Part shown: one piece after another, positions 22,881-36,510 of the stretch
Numbering within the stretch: the stretch's first letter is position 1
Layout of the letters: each line of letters begins with the position of its first letter
Assembly (NCBI GenBank): GCA_964234715.1
Contig: OZ174277.1
Length of the DNA: 64,000 nucleotides
Source of the DNA: Podarcis melisellensis
Lineage: Eukaryota
Reading direction: 5' to 3' (one strand)
Position numbers and translations under genes: made by a program
Notes under the pieces: model-generated
The model's database searches: none
What the model was told of the DNA's origin: nothing
Seen by the model: only the letters and a program-made list of their open reading frames with translations

Positions 22881-25136
22881 TATATTGCAAAAGATCATCT
22901 GTCTAGTAAGCTGCAATGCCATTATTTAGTAACATTAGGCTTTAAGATAGAACTTAGAAACTGGTCCACTCTTGAAATCCTAGTTATTCTATAGTAATGT
23001 GAACTTACTCTTGTCTGAACAAGTGATTGTCATCAATTTATAATGTGACTTCAGCATACTAGTTCATTTTTAAAGCTAGCTTATAATGTTCCTCTCCTTT
23101 TGTCATTTTTTTTATAAGAAACCCAGTACTCTGACTGTAGAAGTCAACTGTACTCAGGACATAGTGAGATCATCATGTTATCTTTTTTGCTTTTCCCCAA
23201 GTATTCTTGCATCAGAATTGCATATATTCCAAGTTAACACTGCAGTTTGTGTTAAGTGTTGGCTTCTCACTTGTGGAAGGTAATTTCTTTTTGCTAAATG
23301 GTTGTATCTGCTGGATCTTTCTATAACATGTCTCATATTATTCCAGAAGGTCCCCCATACCATGAGCAGCTTTTAGGGGGCTCCAAGGGTCTGCAGTAAG
23401 TACGGAGAATAAAAGAAAATCAGGTATCCTGCATTGCAAAAGTGCTTTCTGCTACTGCAGAGCCATCACTGAGTGTATCCCAATGAAGCTAAGTTATTAA
23501 AAATAAATTTATACCTTTCTTTTGAAGAAGACTCACAAAGCCTTTGTTAATAAAAGTTATTTCCTATGGTATTGAAATACTATTAATATTTTATAGATTA
23601 GTACATTGTTTTTCAAATTGTATGTTAATCTTCATATTATTATTTGCAAAGCCATGAACAAGTTAGGCCCAGGATATCTTAATGACCACCTGCAAGAAAT
23701 TCAGAAAACAGAGTGCATAGAATAGGCAGCAGTTAGGTCACTCATCAGCTGTCATTTTCTGTTATAGAGCTGTATGGAAATAGTTTTTATAAAACCTTGT
23801 GTTTTGAAAGTGTCAGGGAAATGTGATATCCTTACAACAGAGTGTTACCTTGAGGAAATATTTTTTTTCCATTCTGCTGCAAATGAATATCAACTGTACA
23901 TTTGCTCCATTGCAATGGTGCTTTTAGATCTATGTCTATAGACTTCTGAAGAACACCAGGGTAGTTCTTCAATGAAATAAGTGATAAAGGGAAACAGCTG
24001 GAAGATAGCATGCCTCCCATTACCAACCTTTTCCTGCAGTGCACAGTTAAAGGTCCCAGTTGAGTGTATCTCGGTTTGTGTTTGGTCACAGCTGGGCACA
24101 TGAGTGGAGAGTGACCCTAACACAAGCCTTGGAAGTCTTTTTAATGCAGAGCTGTTTTTCCTCAGCTTATGATAATGAGAGTCAACCTGGTAGTCACAGT
24201 GAACCATTTTTAACATCTGCCCAGAACTAAATCTTGTGAATCCATAGATCATTCGTATGATATGTGAAAAAGTGCCTTTGTCCTGAACCTACTGTCAATC
24301 AGCTTTATCGAATGACCCTCAGTTGTATTATGAACAGAGTGAACATTTTCTCAATGTTTGTTTTATTCATAATATTATAAGCCTCAGTAATGTATTTCCT
24401 CTGAAGTTGTATTCTGAATTTAAAAGGGCCAAACAAATGCTTTAACTAATATGTACATAGAGTTAAAATAGGTTTCCCTTAGGCACATCACTTTAAACTT
24501 TCAGGGTAAAAATAAAATAAAGTATTCTTCAGCTGGTACTTACCTTACTGAAAAATGTGTGTTGTAGGCTAGATAAGCTGCTTTCAGTTATTCTCTTCAG
24601 AGGATCCTGATGATAATAGCTGATTTCTAAAAATAAATTGGTTGAGACTGATGAATTTGATATTTTGTAAAAGGTAGTCACCTTCCTTCACTGAAGTGAT
24701 GTGCATTACAGTCTGTTCCTCTAGTGTGGCTTAGGATGTAGTGATATGCTAAGCTGAGTCCCTTTCATGTTGGTATGGTTTTTAAAGTTCTGGTTTGAAA
24801 TTGTTTTTGCAGAATGGTATGGTATTGTAAGCATATTGCTGTTTATTTATGTAACATTTTTTTATTGTGCAAAATTTATCACCGAGGTCCTCACAACAAC
24901 CCTGGAGCTCTGCCCACTCACTCTTCAGAAGCTCTTCTATGCCCGCCCCCTGGTCTTCTAAGGCGGTGATACAAGATAGAATCTCCTTTCTGCTGGGATC
25001 CAAACTCTTGGGGAGATGGTTGTCCATTAACACTGTTGTTATGGAGAGACCATTTCCTCATTAGATTGGTTTGATGGTGGAGATCCCTCATTGAGTATGA
25101 CTGAGCACAGTGCCCTGTCTAAAGCACTTATTTTGC

Positions 25137-25395
25137 TTCAGTGTGGTGTAGTGGTTAAGAGCGGTAGTCTTGTAATCTGGGGAACCGGGTTCGAGTCTCC
25201 GCTCCTCCACATGCAGCTGCTGGGTGACCTTGGGCCAGTCACACTTCTTTGAAGTCTCTCAGCCCCGCTCACTTCACAGAGTGTTTGTTGTGGGGGAGGA
25301 AGGGAAAGGAGAATGTTAGCCGCTTTGAGACTCCTTAAAGGGAGTGAAAGGCGGGGTATCAAATCCAAACTCCTCCTCTTCTTCTTCTTCTTCAT
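25137..25395 (+). mobile_element. tRNA-derived SINE (Squam2-like), young
   Basis: tRNA-like head gtgtggtgtagtggttaagagc...gggttcgagtctcc (A/B boxes), body, and (ctt)n tail. Confidence 0.8.
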
Positions 25396-25649
25396 CCATT
25401 GCAGTATCATCCAGCAGAGTGGTTCTAAGTAGTAAAGAGTCTGTTGTAGTCAGATTTAGAAGGAAGTGGATTGGATCCCTGGGTATTTGCTGTGATAAAT
25501 TTGTTAAACACTTGGAAGAAAAAGTTGCTTGTATCCTATTGTCCCAACTATAGTGTCAAGTTGCAATATCTGTGGAGCTGTCCAGTGTACTGTCTGTTCA
25601 GGTATCTTGGAATCAGCTTTGGTTGGTGTTTTCTGAGGAAGTGGATGAG

Positions 25650-26900
25650 ACGATTGAATCAGTGAATCCAACCAACTACAGGTGCTCTCAACCCTTGCCT
25701 GTCATGGCACGTATCAGCTCTGTGGGATAGATGTTTGGGGCACAGTACTATCATGGTTCTATTCCTACTTATAGGAGAGGTTCCATAATGTAGTATTGAT
25801 GAACTTCTGCTCTGCTCCATGACAAGCTGTGGGAGACCACAGGGTTCTATTCTGCCCCCTGTGCTATTTAACAACTTTATGAAGCCATTGAGAGAGGTCA
25901 CTGGAGTTTTTGGAGCCAGTGTGCTGATTATGGTGTGTTGTATGATGATGATACCCAGCTGTGTTTCTTCATGATATCTGAGTCAGGTGAGGTTGTGCAA
26001 GTCCTGGATGTCTATAGCCATATGCCTGCTGTTATGGACTGGATGAGGGCCAGTAAATTGGAACTGCATCCTGACAAGATGGAGGCTCAGTGGATTGGTG
26101 GGCTTTGATTCCAGAAATTAGGTGATCAACTTGGTCTAGATGGGACTGCAATCCTGAAGGAACAAGAATGTAGGCTGGGAGTACTCTGTATTCAATCTTG
26201 CCACTCAAAGCTTAAGAGCTTTGGTGGCTTGGAGCAGTTTCGGCAAATTTTGACTGACCTGCCAGTTGACTGTTGCTGGACAGAAGCAGTCTAGTCATAA
26301 GAGTGTCTGCTTTTGTAACTTTGCAGTTAGATTACTGCAGTGTGCTCTACATGGGGCTGTTCTTGAAGATGACATAAAAGGGCCAGAAGCCAGCAGCAAG
26401 ATTGCCATTGGGAGTCTCTCATATAATCCATCTACGGCTGATCATAAAGAAATTACATTGACTGCCAAATGCTTCCTGTCTGCTTTCAATGTGTTAATTT
26501 AGAGCGCTAAATGGCTCGGTACCTCAGTACTTGCAAGGTTGCCCCTCTGCATATATTTCTCCTTGAGAATTAACATTTGCTAGGTTGTGCGTCCCTCCCC
26601 TGGAAGCTGAACATTATGTGGAGATGCAGGAGAGATCCTTTTCTGTTCTGGTGCTCCGATTATGGAATCCCCGCCTTCCTGACACTGATATTGACTATAA
26701 ATTGGCACAAATTAAAACCTTACTTTTTTCTTTGACTTTTGGGCCATTTTGAGAGTAGTTCAGCATTTGACCTGCTTGTGCTGTTTGTTGGTGTCAAGCA
26801 TTTTAGACTTTGTATTGAATATAACTAGTGCTTTATGGTTTTTGAATTTCAAGGATTGTTTTATTGATTGTTTTACAGGTATATTCCAACCTGAGATTAA
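25650..26900 (+). mobile_element. L2 LINE ORF2 remnant (reverse transcriptase region)
   Basis: Decayed CGRPQGSILPPVLFNNFMKPLREV (~25828-25900), YDDDTQL (~25941-25961) and LDYC motif (~26327). Confidence 0.8.
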
Positions 26901-27961
26901 CTGCTAATAGAGCAAGTTAGAAATATTTTGACAAATATTGACACTGATGTTCTAAGCATATTAATAGCTTGAAGGTGATTAGAGAACATCAGTGCTGTCG
27001 TTTATTTCTTACTCTATTTCTGATGCATTGATTCTTCCAAATGTACCTTCCTTCTCTTGTTTGAATCAAATCAGTAACACATCCATAGATAAAAAGTGAT
27101 GGATCAAACCCTATTTGTATGCAAGTTTATGTTCTAATTAAAAGTTTGTTGAAGTCTAGGAATTGAAGTTGACTTAGAAATTGTATTTTAGAACAACTTT
27201 CAGCAATAATCAATATTAATGAGAAGTAAAGTTTACAATACAACCAATACACTTTCCCTCACTGGAATCAGTTATTGGCAAATTATAATCTCCCAATTTT
27301 CATACGGAGCCTAGCACTTCTAAATGCATTACTTACTATACCCTGTAGTTCATGTGGTTGCCTTGGAAACCCTTAAGTTGAATGGTAGGATGAAAAAATA
27401 TTTTAAAATAATACAGTTTTAACCATCTTAGTGATTCCTGTAGGGAAATGTGCACATAAATCTTGTTAAAGCTGTCCAATCTTTCTCCCCCATTTAGTTC
27501 AGAGAAGATCAGTTTTGCTAAACAGTTGTAAGCAGCAAGTCAGTTTTTAGCATTTGACTTCCTGTTGGCAAATTGTACATCTAGACTGTATGTTTGCGCA
27601 AGATGGCAATTATATCAGCAAGACTTGCTCAGTCATTATTGTTTGCAATTGGCGGAGTGTCTTTTCTAAGCTCTTACAGCTATGAAAGAGTAATCAACAT
27701 AAAAGAAAATAGTGATCATGAATTATAACACACCACTGTTTAGACTACTATAGCCTTTCGTTTCTTGCAGTGATAAATTGTAAATGTGTTATGCTACAGT
27801 TTAACAATGCCTAGTGTACTTGGGGGTTGGTCTTCCACCCACTCACACCCTTCAGCAATAGCCATAAAATCAATAAACAGTTAAGGTAAAGGCTATTACG
27901 TTCCTCCAGGCTTTCCTAAAGCACAGTAAGGTGTAGGGTAATCCACTACTATTTTGTAGAC

Positions 27962-28097
27962 CAGGCTTCCTCAAACTCGGCCCTCCAGCTGTTTTTGGCC
28001 TACAACTCCCATGATCCCTAGCTAGCAGGACCAGTGGTCAGGAATAATGGGAATTGTAGTCTCAAAACATCTGGAGGGCCGAATTTGAGGAAGCCTG
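27962..28097. mobile_element. Palindromic hAT-type MITE
   Basis: TIR caggcttcctcaaa / tttgaggaagcctg; perfect 8-bp TSD ttgtagac (27954-27961, 28098-28105). Confidence 0.9.
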
Positions 28098-28862
28098 TTG
28101 TAGACTGACATACCAGTAAGAATAAACAAGCAGGAAACAATTTACTGTTAGCTGTGTTAAAAGATCACAGGATATTAACTGAATCATATATTTGTATGCT
28201 GTTAATGCCCAGTTGAATGTTTAGGCTTACTAGATAAACTAAAAGGCCTCTGATATTAAACAATTTACATAGCAGAAAGCAAAAGTGAATTCCCAGCTAG
28301 AGGTCTTTCATTGCTGAAACACATTAATCAGGTAGAGGTTATGCTAAATCTTTAACTGTCATTAACCTTAGAATTTTACCATTCTAACTGTTAGAAGATG
28401 ATTTGCCAAACTTGCTTGGAACTTGAGCACAAACATTCTTTTTCTCTTTCAGTATGTAATATATTTCTGATTGGTTGTGCCAAACATTCCATATATGCTA
28501 TGACTCGGTAGGTCTGTTCCTTAATATCATTGTGTATAAATGACCACCATTCCTGTATGACAGGATTTTAACATGTTATTAAAGGGTGGAATCTTCTCAC
28601 TTTTTCAGTTTATTCCATAATATTTTGTTCCCGTTATTGATCAATCAGTCTGATTCAATCTGTGTTTAGGATTCAAGCTTGCACAGATTGAAAAAACTTC
28701 TTCTTAAGCAGTTTTGTGACTATGTAAAGAAACCTGTGTTATTTCTTTGGTTTAAAAGCTGGTGATGTACACTAATTTGAAGGACAGAAAAAATCCAGAG
28801 TCAAAATATCTTTTTCTATAGACTTTTTGATCATGTGGATTATTGAATAACTTATGTTCCAG

Positions 28863-29027
28863 GCACAGCTAGTGGACATGAAATCAGAACTGATAGAAAC
28901 ACGGGCTGAAAAAGCAGTATTAGAAAAAGAGGTGCACGATCAACTATTACAAATCCATGCCATCCAGCTTCAACTCCATGCAAAAACTGGTCAGAGTGTT
29001 GACTCGGGGACAATAAAAGCAAAGTTG
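28863..29027 (+). CDS. GOPC: GOPC exon 2 (coiled coil)
   Basis: ttccag|GCA; [55 protein letters not shown]|GTGAGT; 165 nt. Confidence 0.95.
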
Positions 29028-29085
29028 GTGAGTACTAGTAACAGGAAGAACCTATTTTTTACAGCAGAATTGTTACTCCAAACTA

Positions 29086-29252
29086 CTGTATTTACTTGAG
29101 TCTAATGCACCATCAAATCTAATGTACACCTCAATTTTCAGAACCTTTAAACCAAAAAAAGTATTTGCTGGTGAATGTAAATGTGCCATTGAATCGAATT
29201 TTCCCAATGTAATTTGACCAAAAAGGTGAGCATTAGATTAGAATAAATACGG
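29086..29252. mobile_element. Tc1/mariner-type MITE
   Basis: TA|ctgtatttacttgagtctaatgc ... gcattagattagaataaatacgg|TA. Confidence 0.7.
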
Positions 29253-31102
29253 TATTTTATTTGTATGCATGTGTGCTCATAGAATTCCTCTTTCGTCTTT
29301 CTGTATTATCTAGGAGGCAGTTTATCTAGTTTATCTGAATGTCACTTGCCATGGTTAGGCTTGCTACCTAAGAGACTGTTAAATCTATTATCTAGAGATG
29401 TAAAATGAAGTGGAGTCCCGTCCGTCCCCCATCAGCCCAATTTGGCCTGCCAAGACTATCTAGTTGACCTGCCAAGCCATCTTCCCTACACTGGGCTTCA
29501 CATATGAAATCACATGTGGAACACATAAAGGCGGTGCTTGACCAAAAGGGGCTTTGCAGGGACTATACTCCTTGTGACCTGTTATGCAAGTGTCTGACAA
29601 GCTGCTGGTTGTTGGATCCTTCCGAAGCACTGTACAAAGTGCCTGAGAAGTGCTGAGAACAGGGATTACAAAGCACTTCGTGAATCACTTCCCAAAGGCC
29701 CAACAATCGTTTTGGGAATTGGGGAAGTGCTGTGCAAATCTTTTTCCAAGACCTGTTCTCAGCGCTTCCCTAGCACAAGGCAACCAGCTGATAGCCAGGT
29801 GTTGGGGAAGTGCTGAGCTTTGACAGGTATCGCTCAACTGATGTCATTATGATGTCAGTTGATGACTAATGAGTAGCTCTGACCACCCCATTGGGGTGAA
29901 GGAGATAGAGAACTGGCCCACTGGGCCAAAAAGATTCCCCACCTCTGATGTAGAGGATTCCACTGTCATAGTTAGAAGTTTTTAGAGGAGGATTTTTGCA
30001 TCTCCTATTTTTGTGGATTGAATTCAGTATTATGGAATTGAGGCGTGCAAGTAGCACACATTTGGATAAGAGCTTTCTAAGTGCTTGTCCAGTTATAGTA
30101 GCACGTCATGTATTTAATGAACTATCTAGTCAGTCGAATTCCAGTGTGCTAGGGACTGCATGAGATTTTATTCATGGCTAGAGTCAACAAAATTTGGGCT
30201 ACTGTATCTTAGCCTTTTATTCACAGACACTTAGAATAAAGAACTGTGAAATAAGGTTTGTGAGCCCAAAGTCCCTTCCCCTTTATAGGAACACATATAT
30301 ACCTAGCAAGTTACAATTTGAAACCAAGGGGAGTTTCAAAAGCACCATAAGGACATTAGAGCCCTGCTGAATCAGACCAAAAGCTTATCTGGTCCAACAT
30401 CCTATTCCCACACAGTGTTTGGCTAAAGAAATCAAAAGTTCGAGTGGGCTAGTACAGGTCTTATCAATGAACCTGAGTAGCAATCTGAATTCCAGACATA
30501 CATTTGAAGTGATTGATTATTTGATTTAAAATCAGATGGTCAATCAAAAGTATAAATCTTCATTTTGCCAAGAAACAAATATCAGTAACTTTTTGAGGGT
30601 ATTGTAGGAAATGCTTAGTTTATGTAAAAGGTGTGATAACGTACAAAATCTGCTGCTCATTGTTAGCTGGAAAGGCATGCTTGTTTTTCAGTTCCTGCTA
30701 GTTCTTGTTCAAACCATATCAGATGATGACTGTGCCCATGAAAAAGAAGGAAGAGGAACTGAAAAAAGATCATATCCAGACCAGTCTTCTTTTAAAATTT
30801 GCCCCACCAGTATTCACATCTCTTTTTAAAAAAAGAATGCTTGTTGCAGTGCAGGCTTCAATTATTTGCTAGTAAAATCACAATTTCTATTTATTTGGAG
30901 ACATTTTCCCATTTCACAGTGTGAGAGAAATTCCATTTTCAATGAGCAAGTATTTATAGTAATTGTCTTCTTTGTAACCATGGATCATACAATTTGATTA
31001 CTGCTTAGACTGAGAATCTTGTCGATGTATGGCCCTATAATTTTGATATTTTTTTTTTGGCCAGTATTTCTAATTACTAAACTTTTTTTCTCTCATCCTA
31101 AG

Positions 31103-31126
31103 TCTGCCCCTTCTGTGGAGGATATG
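31103..31126 (+). CDS. GOPC: GOPC exon 3, 24-nt alternative microexon (SAPSVEDM)
   Basis: tttttttctctcatcctaag|TCTGCCCCTTCTGTGGAGGATATG|gtaagt; phase 0-0; resembles the mammalian nPIST 8-aa insert (SGPSVEEL, from recall). Confidence 0.88.
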
Positions 31127-32697
31127 GTAAGTTCACTGGCTGTCTTCATCTGTGTTTAATTCAAAGCAGTGCAGTAGTTTTCTGCAGAGCTGCGCATATT
31201 AGCCTGGAGAGTTAGTGCCAGTGAATGTCTGCTAGATTCTTTCCTTTCCACAGTTTCTTAGCTAAGACCTTGTTTATGTTCAGTATTCTTTTAAGATTTG
31301 ATGCTCTTTTCCACTCAACATGCATGTCTGTATTGCTGCTGTTGATTGCTATGACTAATGTGGGAATTTTGAAGTAAAGCTTGGAATTGAGTCTAAATGT
31401 AGCAGGTTATTAAAGACTGACTTTGATCGCAATCCAGAGATCCAAGCAACTAACTCTGTGATGCACTCAGGCTTTGAACAAAATCAGCTGTGATATGGCA
31501 TGGCAGTCAGCTGTTCAAGAACCAAAACATCACACAAAGTGCAGTGAAACCTAAAATGTTTGTCTGTTTTTTTTGTCCAGAATCCACAGTGTTTTAAGAA
31601 TGCTTATATGTCCTGTAAAACAGCATGGTTTTTTTTTAAAAAAATTGTCACATGATGGTATATTTATGTAGCATTCTATTCCTACCTACCCTTCAGTGGT
31701 TGCATTCCAAAAGCCAATGGTATGATGGCATATTGGCATATTTTTGCCCAGGCTGCCATGATATATGTGCAGAAATTAAAAATGAAAATAGTTCATGAAC
31801 TTAACTTGCAATTTTTAAACTTATAGATACTTAGAAACCTTTATAAATCCTATTGGAATATAGACGAGAAATTGTGATGTTCAGTGTGAATTTTCTAGTG
31901 TATTTCAATTTTAAACAGGAAAACTTCATTTCTCCATTCCTGTACCTTTCTGTAGTGTAAACATTGGGTGATATCCACTCTGTCCATTAGGAATGAGGAG
32001 GATAGAGAGGGGATACATTCTCTCTTTACTTTCTCTACTACACTATTCATATTTATTAAAGTTTTCTCGTGCTCTGTCCCCTTCCCTACCTTTTTTCCTA
32101 AATAAAAAGCCCCAGTTCCTTAAGTCTTATCTCTGTGTTGTTCCCTGGCAATTAAATATGCCTTGGAACAGCAGTGCTGGGTATCATGTTTGTGTGTTTA
32201 AAAAACCACTTTATTTTTAAAGACGCTTATTTTATTTTCATCAGTTCATTTAACATGCTTGCCATATGTCTTAAATATACATAATTTTAGCCAACTAGTT
32301 GCCTTTCTTCTTCATATTTGCAATTCTTTTAGTAAGCAGTGCCATGCTGTATTATCCTAAATTAGCTGCTGTGTCATAAAAACAGTTTCACATTATGATA
32401 GCTCAATTGTAGTTAGTTCTTCTTGAACAAATGTAGCTTTCCAAACTTGTCCCTCAAATTGCCTTCTGATGCAGCTGTAAAACATTGAGATTTGTAAAAT
32501 GCTTTGTGGCATGAATATTTTTCTACTCACTTGCAAAACCGTTGTAAATGTGTACACGCAGATTGTATCTAAATGTTGTGTGTCATGGTTTTTTCTGTGA
32601 AATTAAAGGTTAGACTAAAGATGCTTGCAGTTTTCATATCCACATAATAGGAATGTTTAGCTTGTGGCTAAAATAACCAGGGTCTTTACTTCGCCAG

Positions 32698-32873
32698 GAG
32701 AGAGAACTTGAAGCCAACAAGAAAGAAAAGGTGAAAGAAGCTCAACTTGAAGCTGAAGTGAAGCTACTTCGGAAGGAAAATGAGGCACTTCGTCGACACA
32801 TAGCTGTGCTCCAGGCTGAAGTATATGGGGCAAGACTCGCAGCCAAATATTTAGATAAAGAGCTAGCTGGAAG
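32698..32873 (+). CDS. GOPC: GOPC exon 4 (coiled coil)
   Basis: cgccag|GAG; [58 protein letters not shown](R); AG|GTGTGT; 176 nt. Confidence 0.95.
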
Positions 32874-33805
32874 GTGTGTAAAAATTCAGTAGCTTGCGAT
32901 GGACATTTGGGACAAAATTGTTGTTTAGGAGTTGACATGCCTGATCTCAGGGTACTTGTGTGGACCATATGGGGGATGTGGAAGAGTAGAATGTAAGAGC
33001 TTATCAGGATAGTGCTGAACTGCTATAAAAACTATCTGTAGTGGGAGAAGATAAGGACCGTGATTCACAAGGTTGGACTTGGGTTGCTTCCAAACATGGG
33101 CAATTTAGCATTCTGCAATCATTCTAGTTCTGCTTCAAGCCGGAAGTGGAATAGCAATTCTGCTTCCCAGATTCTAACTTTATGTAGTAAAGTGGACAAT
33201 TCCCCTTTCCTGAGCTTGAAACATTGGAAGGGGGTTATTTTCATTGGGACCTGCATGTGTGGTTTAAATACTCACTGCACTCCTGATCATGAATACAGGG
33301 GGAAGGGGGAAGAAACAGATACAGAGACAGTGCTATCTGAACCAAGGTTTTAAGTGATTGACTTGATTCCTGGAGAAGAAAAATGGATCATGTAGAAGGA
33401 AGAGCAGTTTAACTGGCCAGAGTGGCAGTTAGGCTGCCTATACCTGGGAAAATTGCACAGCTCAGCCATAGAGGGATTTTTTAGCTCTCGAAAAAGTCTG
33501 CAGCTGAACAGGTAAAATGTGAGGGGGATGTTTTACTCATGACATTATGCAAATACTCCTTAAAAAGTGAGTGAACAAAGCATGTCTATTCCACAGTAAA
33601 TGCCAAATGTGGAAGCAGCCTTAAGCTTGGCTATGAAAGTGTGTGGTACAGCACCCTCCCCACTTTCTTTCCCTATTATTGCAGTGACTGTAAGCCATTT
33701 GATTACCTCTTTATTGGACTTGAGAACATGGCACTGAGAGAGCAAATCAAAGAGTAGTTTGAACCTCTCACTTCATACATATCATGTTCTTTTCTCATTA
33801 TTTAG

Positions 33806-33971
33806 GGTTCAGCAAATTCAGTTACTAGGCAGAGATATGAAAGGACCTGCTCATGATAAACTCTGGAACCAGCTGGAAGCTGAAATCCATCTGCACCGGC
33901 ATAAAACTGTGATCAGGGCATGTCGTGGTCGTAATGATCTAAAGCGACCCATGCAAGTACCCCCAGGACAT
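33806..33971 (+). CDS. GOPC: GOPC exon 5
   Basis: tttag|G; [55 protein letters not shown]|GTAAGC; 166 nt. Confidence 0.95.
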
Positions 33972-34237
33972 GTAAGCTTCTTGTTTTCAACATTTGTCAA
34001 TATAATGTTTGTACCTTTAAATGTATGCCGACATTGGATATATTAATATATCTGTTGCCATTCAAAACTGAAATTCTTCTTATGGCTCAGATCAATGGGG
34101 CAGAAAAAGGGAATTTCATTTTTTGTAGATTAAATTACAACACTGTTTTATCACAGTTCGTGTAAAGAGTGCATTTTTCTTTTTTTTTACTAACTCGCCT
34201 CAATAGTCAAGGGGAAGAAATGTTGAAATTGTACATA

Positions 34238-34457
34238 CAGTTGTACCTTGGTTGTCGAACACCCTGGAACTCAAGATGTTTGGGCTCCCGAATGCCGCAA
34301 ACCCGAAAGTGATTGTTCCGGTTTGCAAACGTTCTTTTGAAACCTGGACGTCCAATGGGGCTTCCACAGCTTCAGAAGCTGTGATTTGGTTTTCAAATAT
34401 TTTGGAAATCAAACGGATTTCTGGAACAGATCCCATTTGACTTCCAAGGTACAACTG
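34238..34457. mobile_element. Tc1/mariner (Tigger-like) MITE
   Basis: TA|cagttgtaccttgg ... ccaaggtacaactg|TA; perfect 14-bp TIR. Confidence 0.85.
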
Positions 34458-35503
34458 TATATGAAACTTAAGGAATAATTACAATATTCTGTATTGGGAT
34501 TTGGACTAAGTGAATCCTAGTTAGTGACATAGGCTGCAGTCATTACTTTATTTACCTGGGAGTAATCCTTCTTGAAGTCAATAGGACTTATCTCTGAGTA
34601 AACACAGTTAAGATTGTGCTGTAAATAAAAAAAAGGTATTCAATATTGAAAGGGTTCACAGCATTTACATCCACAGCACTCTTAATTTATAGATGTGAGA
34701 ATCTTATTATGCATTCTGCTTTTAAATTCTGAAGCTCAGGATAGTCCATTTCAGCTTTGCAATAACCCTTGTAAGTAGGCTGGGCTGAGATTTAGTGTCT
34801 GGAATATAATAAGCATTTGAGCTTCATGACTGAGTGGTGATTTGAACTTTGGTCCTTCCTGTCCCAGCCTGTCCTCTGCACTGCATACTGAGTCTTCCAA
34901 GCTCTTGAACATACAACCTGTTGCTCAGAGGTGGTGAAACACATGGGGTTTATAGTGCTGGCACAAAGGAATGCATTGCTTTTTTGTTTACAACCTTTCA
35001 GGCCCTAAACTGGGCCCCCAAAACAACCTAAAAAACTTTCAGTTAAAAAACACTTGTGGTGCTGGAAGTTATAAGGCCTGTTGCTCTGGTACTGTGGAAA
35101 GGGGAAGTGAGGGTGGTGGGACTTCTTCCAGCCTCTTAAACCCCATCAAAATGGAAGTTTGTATCCATCTACTTCTGGAACATCGCTGTGACTTCCAGAA
35201 CTGTAACAAGGGTTTTCTCTAACTGCTTTTTAGTGCCCAAAATTTGTTTAATTCTGCTTATCTTGAAGCCAATGTAGGAAAAACCTTTGCTTGTGCCACA
35301 TCAACTCGGATCTTGGATAAGGCTGAGGTGCATGTGTTTTCCTTTCTAAAGTAATCTTTAGAAAAGTGATTTTCTTATAGCAGCAATGTCTATAGCATTC
35401 TGAATATAGAGATTATTTTGTCTGTAGTGATAGTAGTGTCCTGTGAATCTCTGGAAAACTTTGAAAAAGCATTGTCATAGCTGGTTGTTTTTTTTTAAAC
35501 TAG

Positions 35504-35599
35504 GATCCAGATTCTTTAAAGAAGAGTCAAGGTGTTGGTCCCATAAGGAAAGTTCTATTGGTTAAAGAAGATCACGAAGGACTGGGCATTTCAATTACC
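35504..35599 (+). CDS. GOPC: GOPC exon 6 (PDZ start)
   Basis: aactag|GAT; [32 protein letters not shown]|GTAATA; 96 nt. Confidence 0.95.
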
Positions 35600-35970
35600 G
35601 TAATATTTGAATTTATTTTCTTTTTCTAGGATTCAGTGTTTACTAACAAGATACTTAACATTTTATTTTATATTTCCTGTGTGTCACACTGGCCCATGTT
35701 ACCTATATCAAATGCTTGCTTTTGTAACTCTCTTATAAATGCATCTGAAAGAACTTAAATTTTTCATTATGCTTTTGTGAAATCTCTGCTACAAATGCAT
35801 TATAAACTGTGCTATACATCAAATACGCAGAGCAGCAAATACTTATTTGTTGAAGAGCAGCATGAATTCAACACTTTTGAAATCTACAGTGAAGAACATA
35901 CACAGTGTTAGGCTATAATTCATTTTGAAACTGTTGCAATCTCCTGACTTGTGTTATGTCATTCTGATAG

Positions 35971-36135
35971 GGTGGAAAGGAGCATGGTGTTCCCATCCTC
36001 ATCTCTGAAATTCACCCAGGTCAGCCTGCTGATCGATGTGGAGGTCTGCATGTTGGAGATGCCATTTTGGCAGTAAATGGTGTAAATTTGAGAGATGCCA
36101 AACATAAAGAAGCTGTAACTATTCTTTCGCAGCAG
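35971..36135 (+). CDS. GOPC: GOPC exon 7 (PDZ)
   Basis: tgatag|GGT; [55 protein letters not shown]|GTATTT; 165 nt. Confidence 0.95.
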
Positions 36136-36317
36136 GTATTTTATTTTTATATCATGAATACTGAACTGTTAATATGCATATATACATTTAGTGGGGTTTG
36201 GCCGATAATTTGGGGCAAGGCCTGACATTTCTCCATTTCAGCTCTATGTCTGTGTGTGTCTGAACACAAGCACTAAGTAAGAGGAAGGGTTTATTAATTA
36301 CTGGGCAGCATACAGAT

Positions 36318-36510
36318 GCTCAGTAGTGGAGCCACATACTTTGCATGCAAAGGACAGAAGGTCCTAGGTTCAGTCCTTGACATCTTCCGACAAGGTTCGG
36401 AAAGATTCCTTCTCTGAAACCCTGGAGAGCCCCTGCCATTCAGTGTAGACAAGGCTGAGCTAGATGGACCAGCAGTTTGACTTGGTGTAAGGCAGCTGCC
36501 TATGTTTCTA
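36318..36510 (+). mobile_element. tRNA-derived SINE with CR1-like tail (Squam3-like)
   Basis: gctcagt...ggttcagtcc head; gagctagatggacc...aggcagctgcctatgtttcta tail. Confidence 0.7.

Noticed and set aside
25137-25215. tRNA-like sequence
   Set aside because: Continues into a SINE body and (ctt)n tail, so it is a SINE head rather than a tRNA gene.
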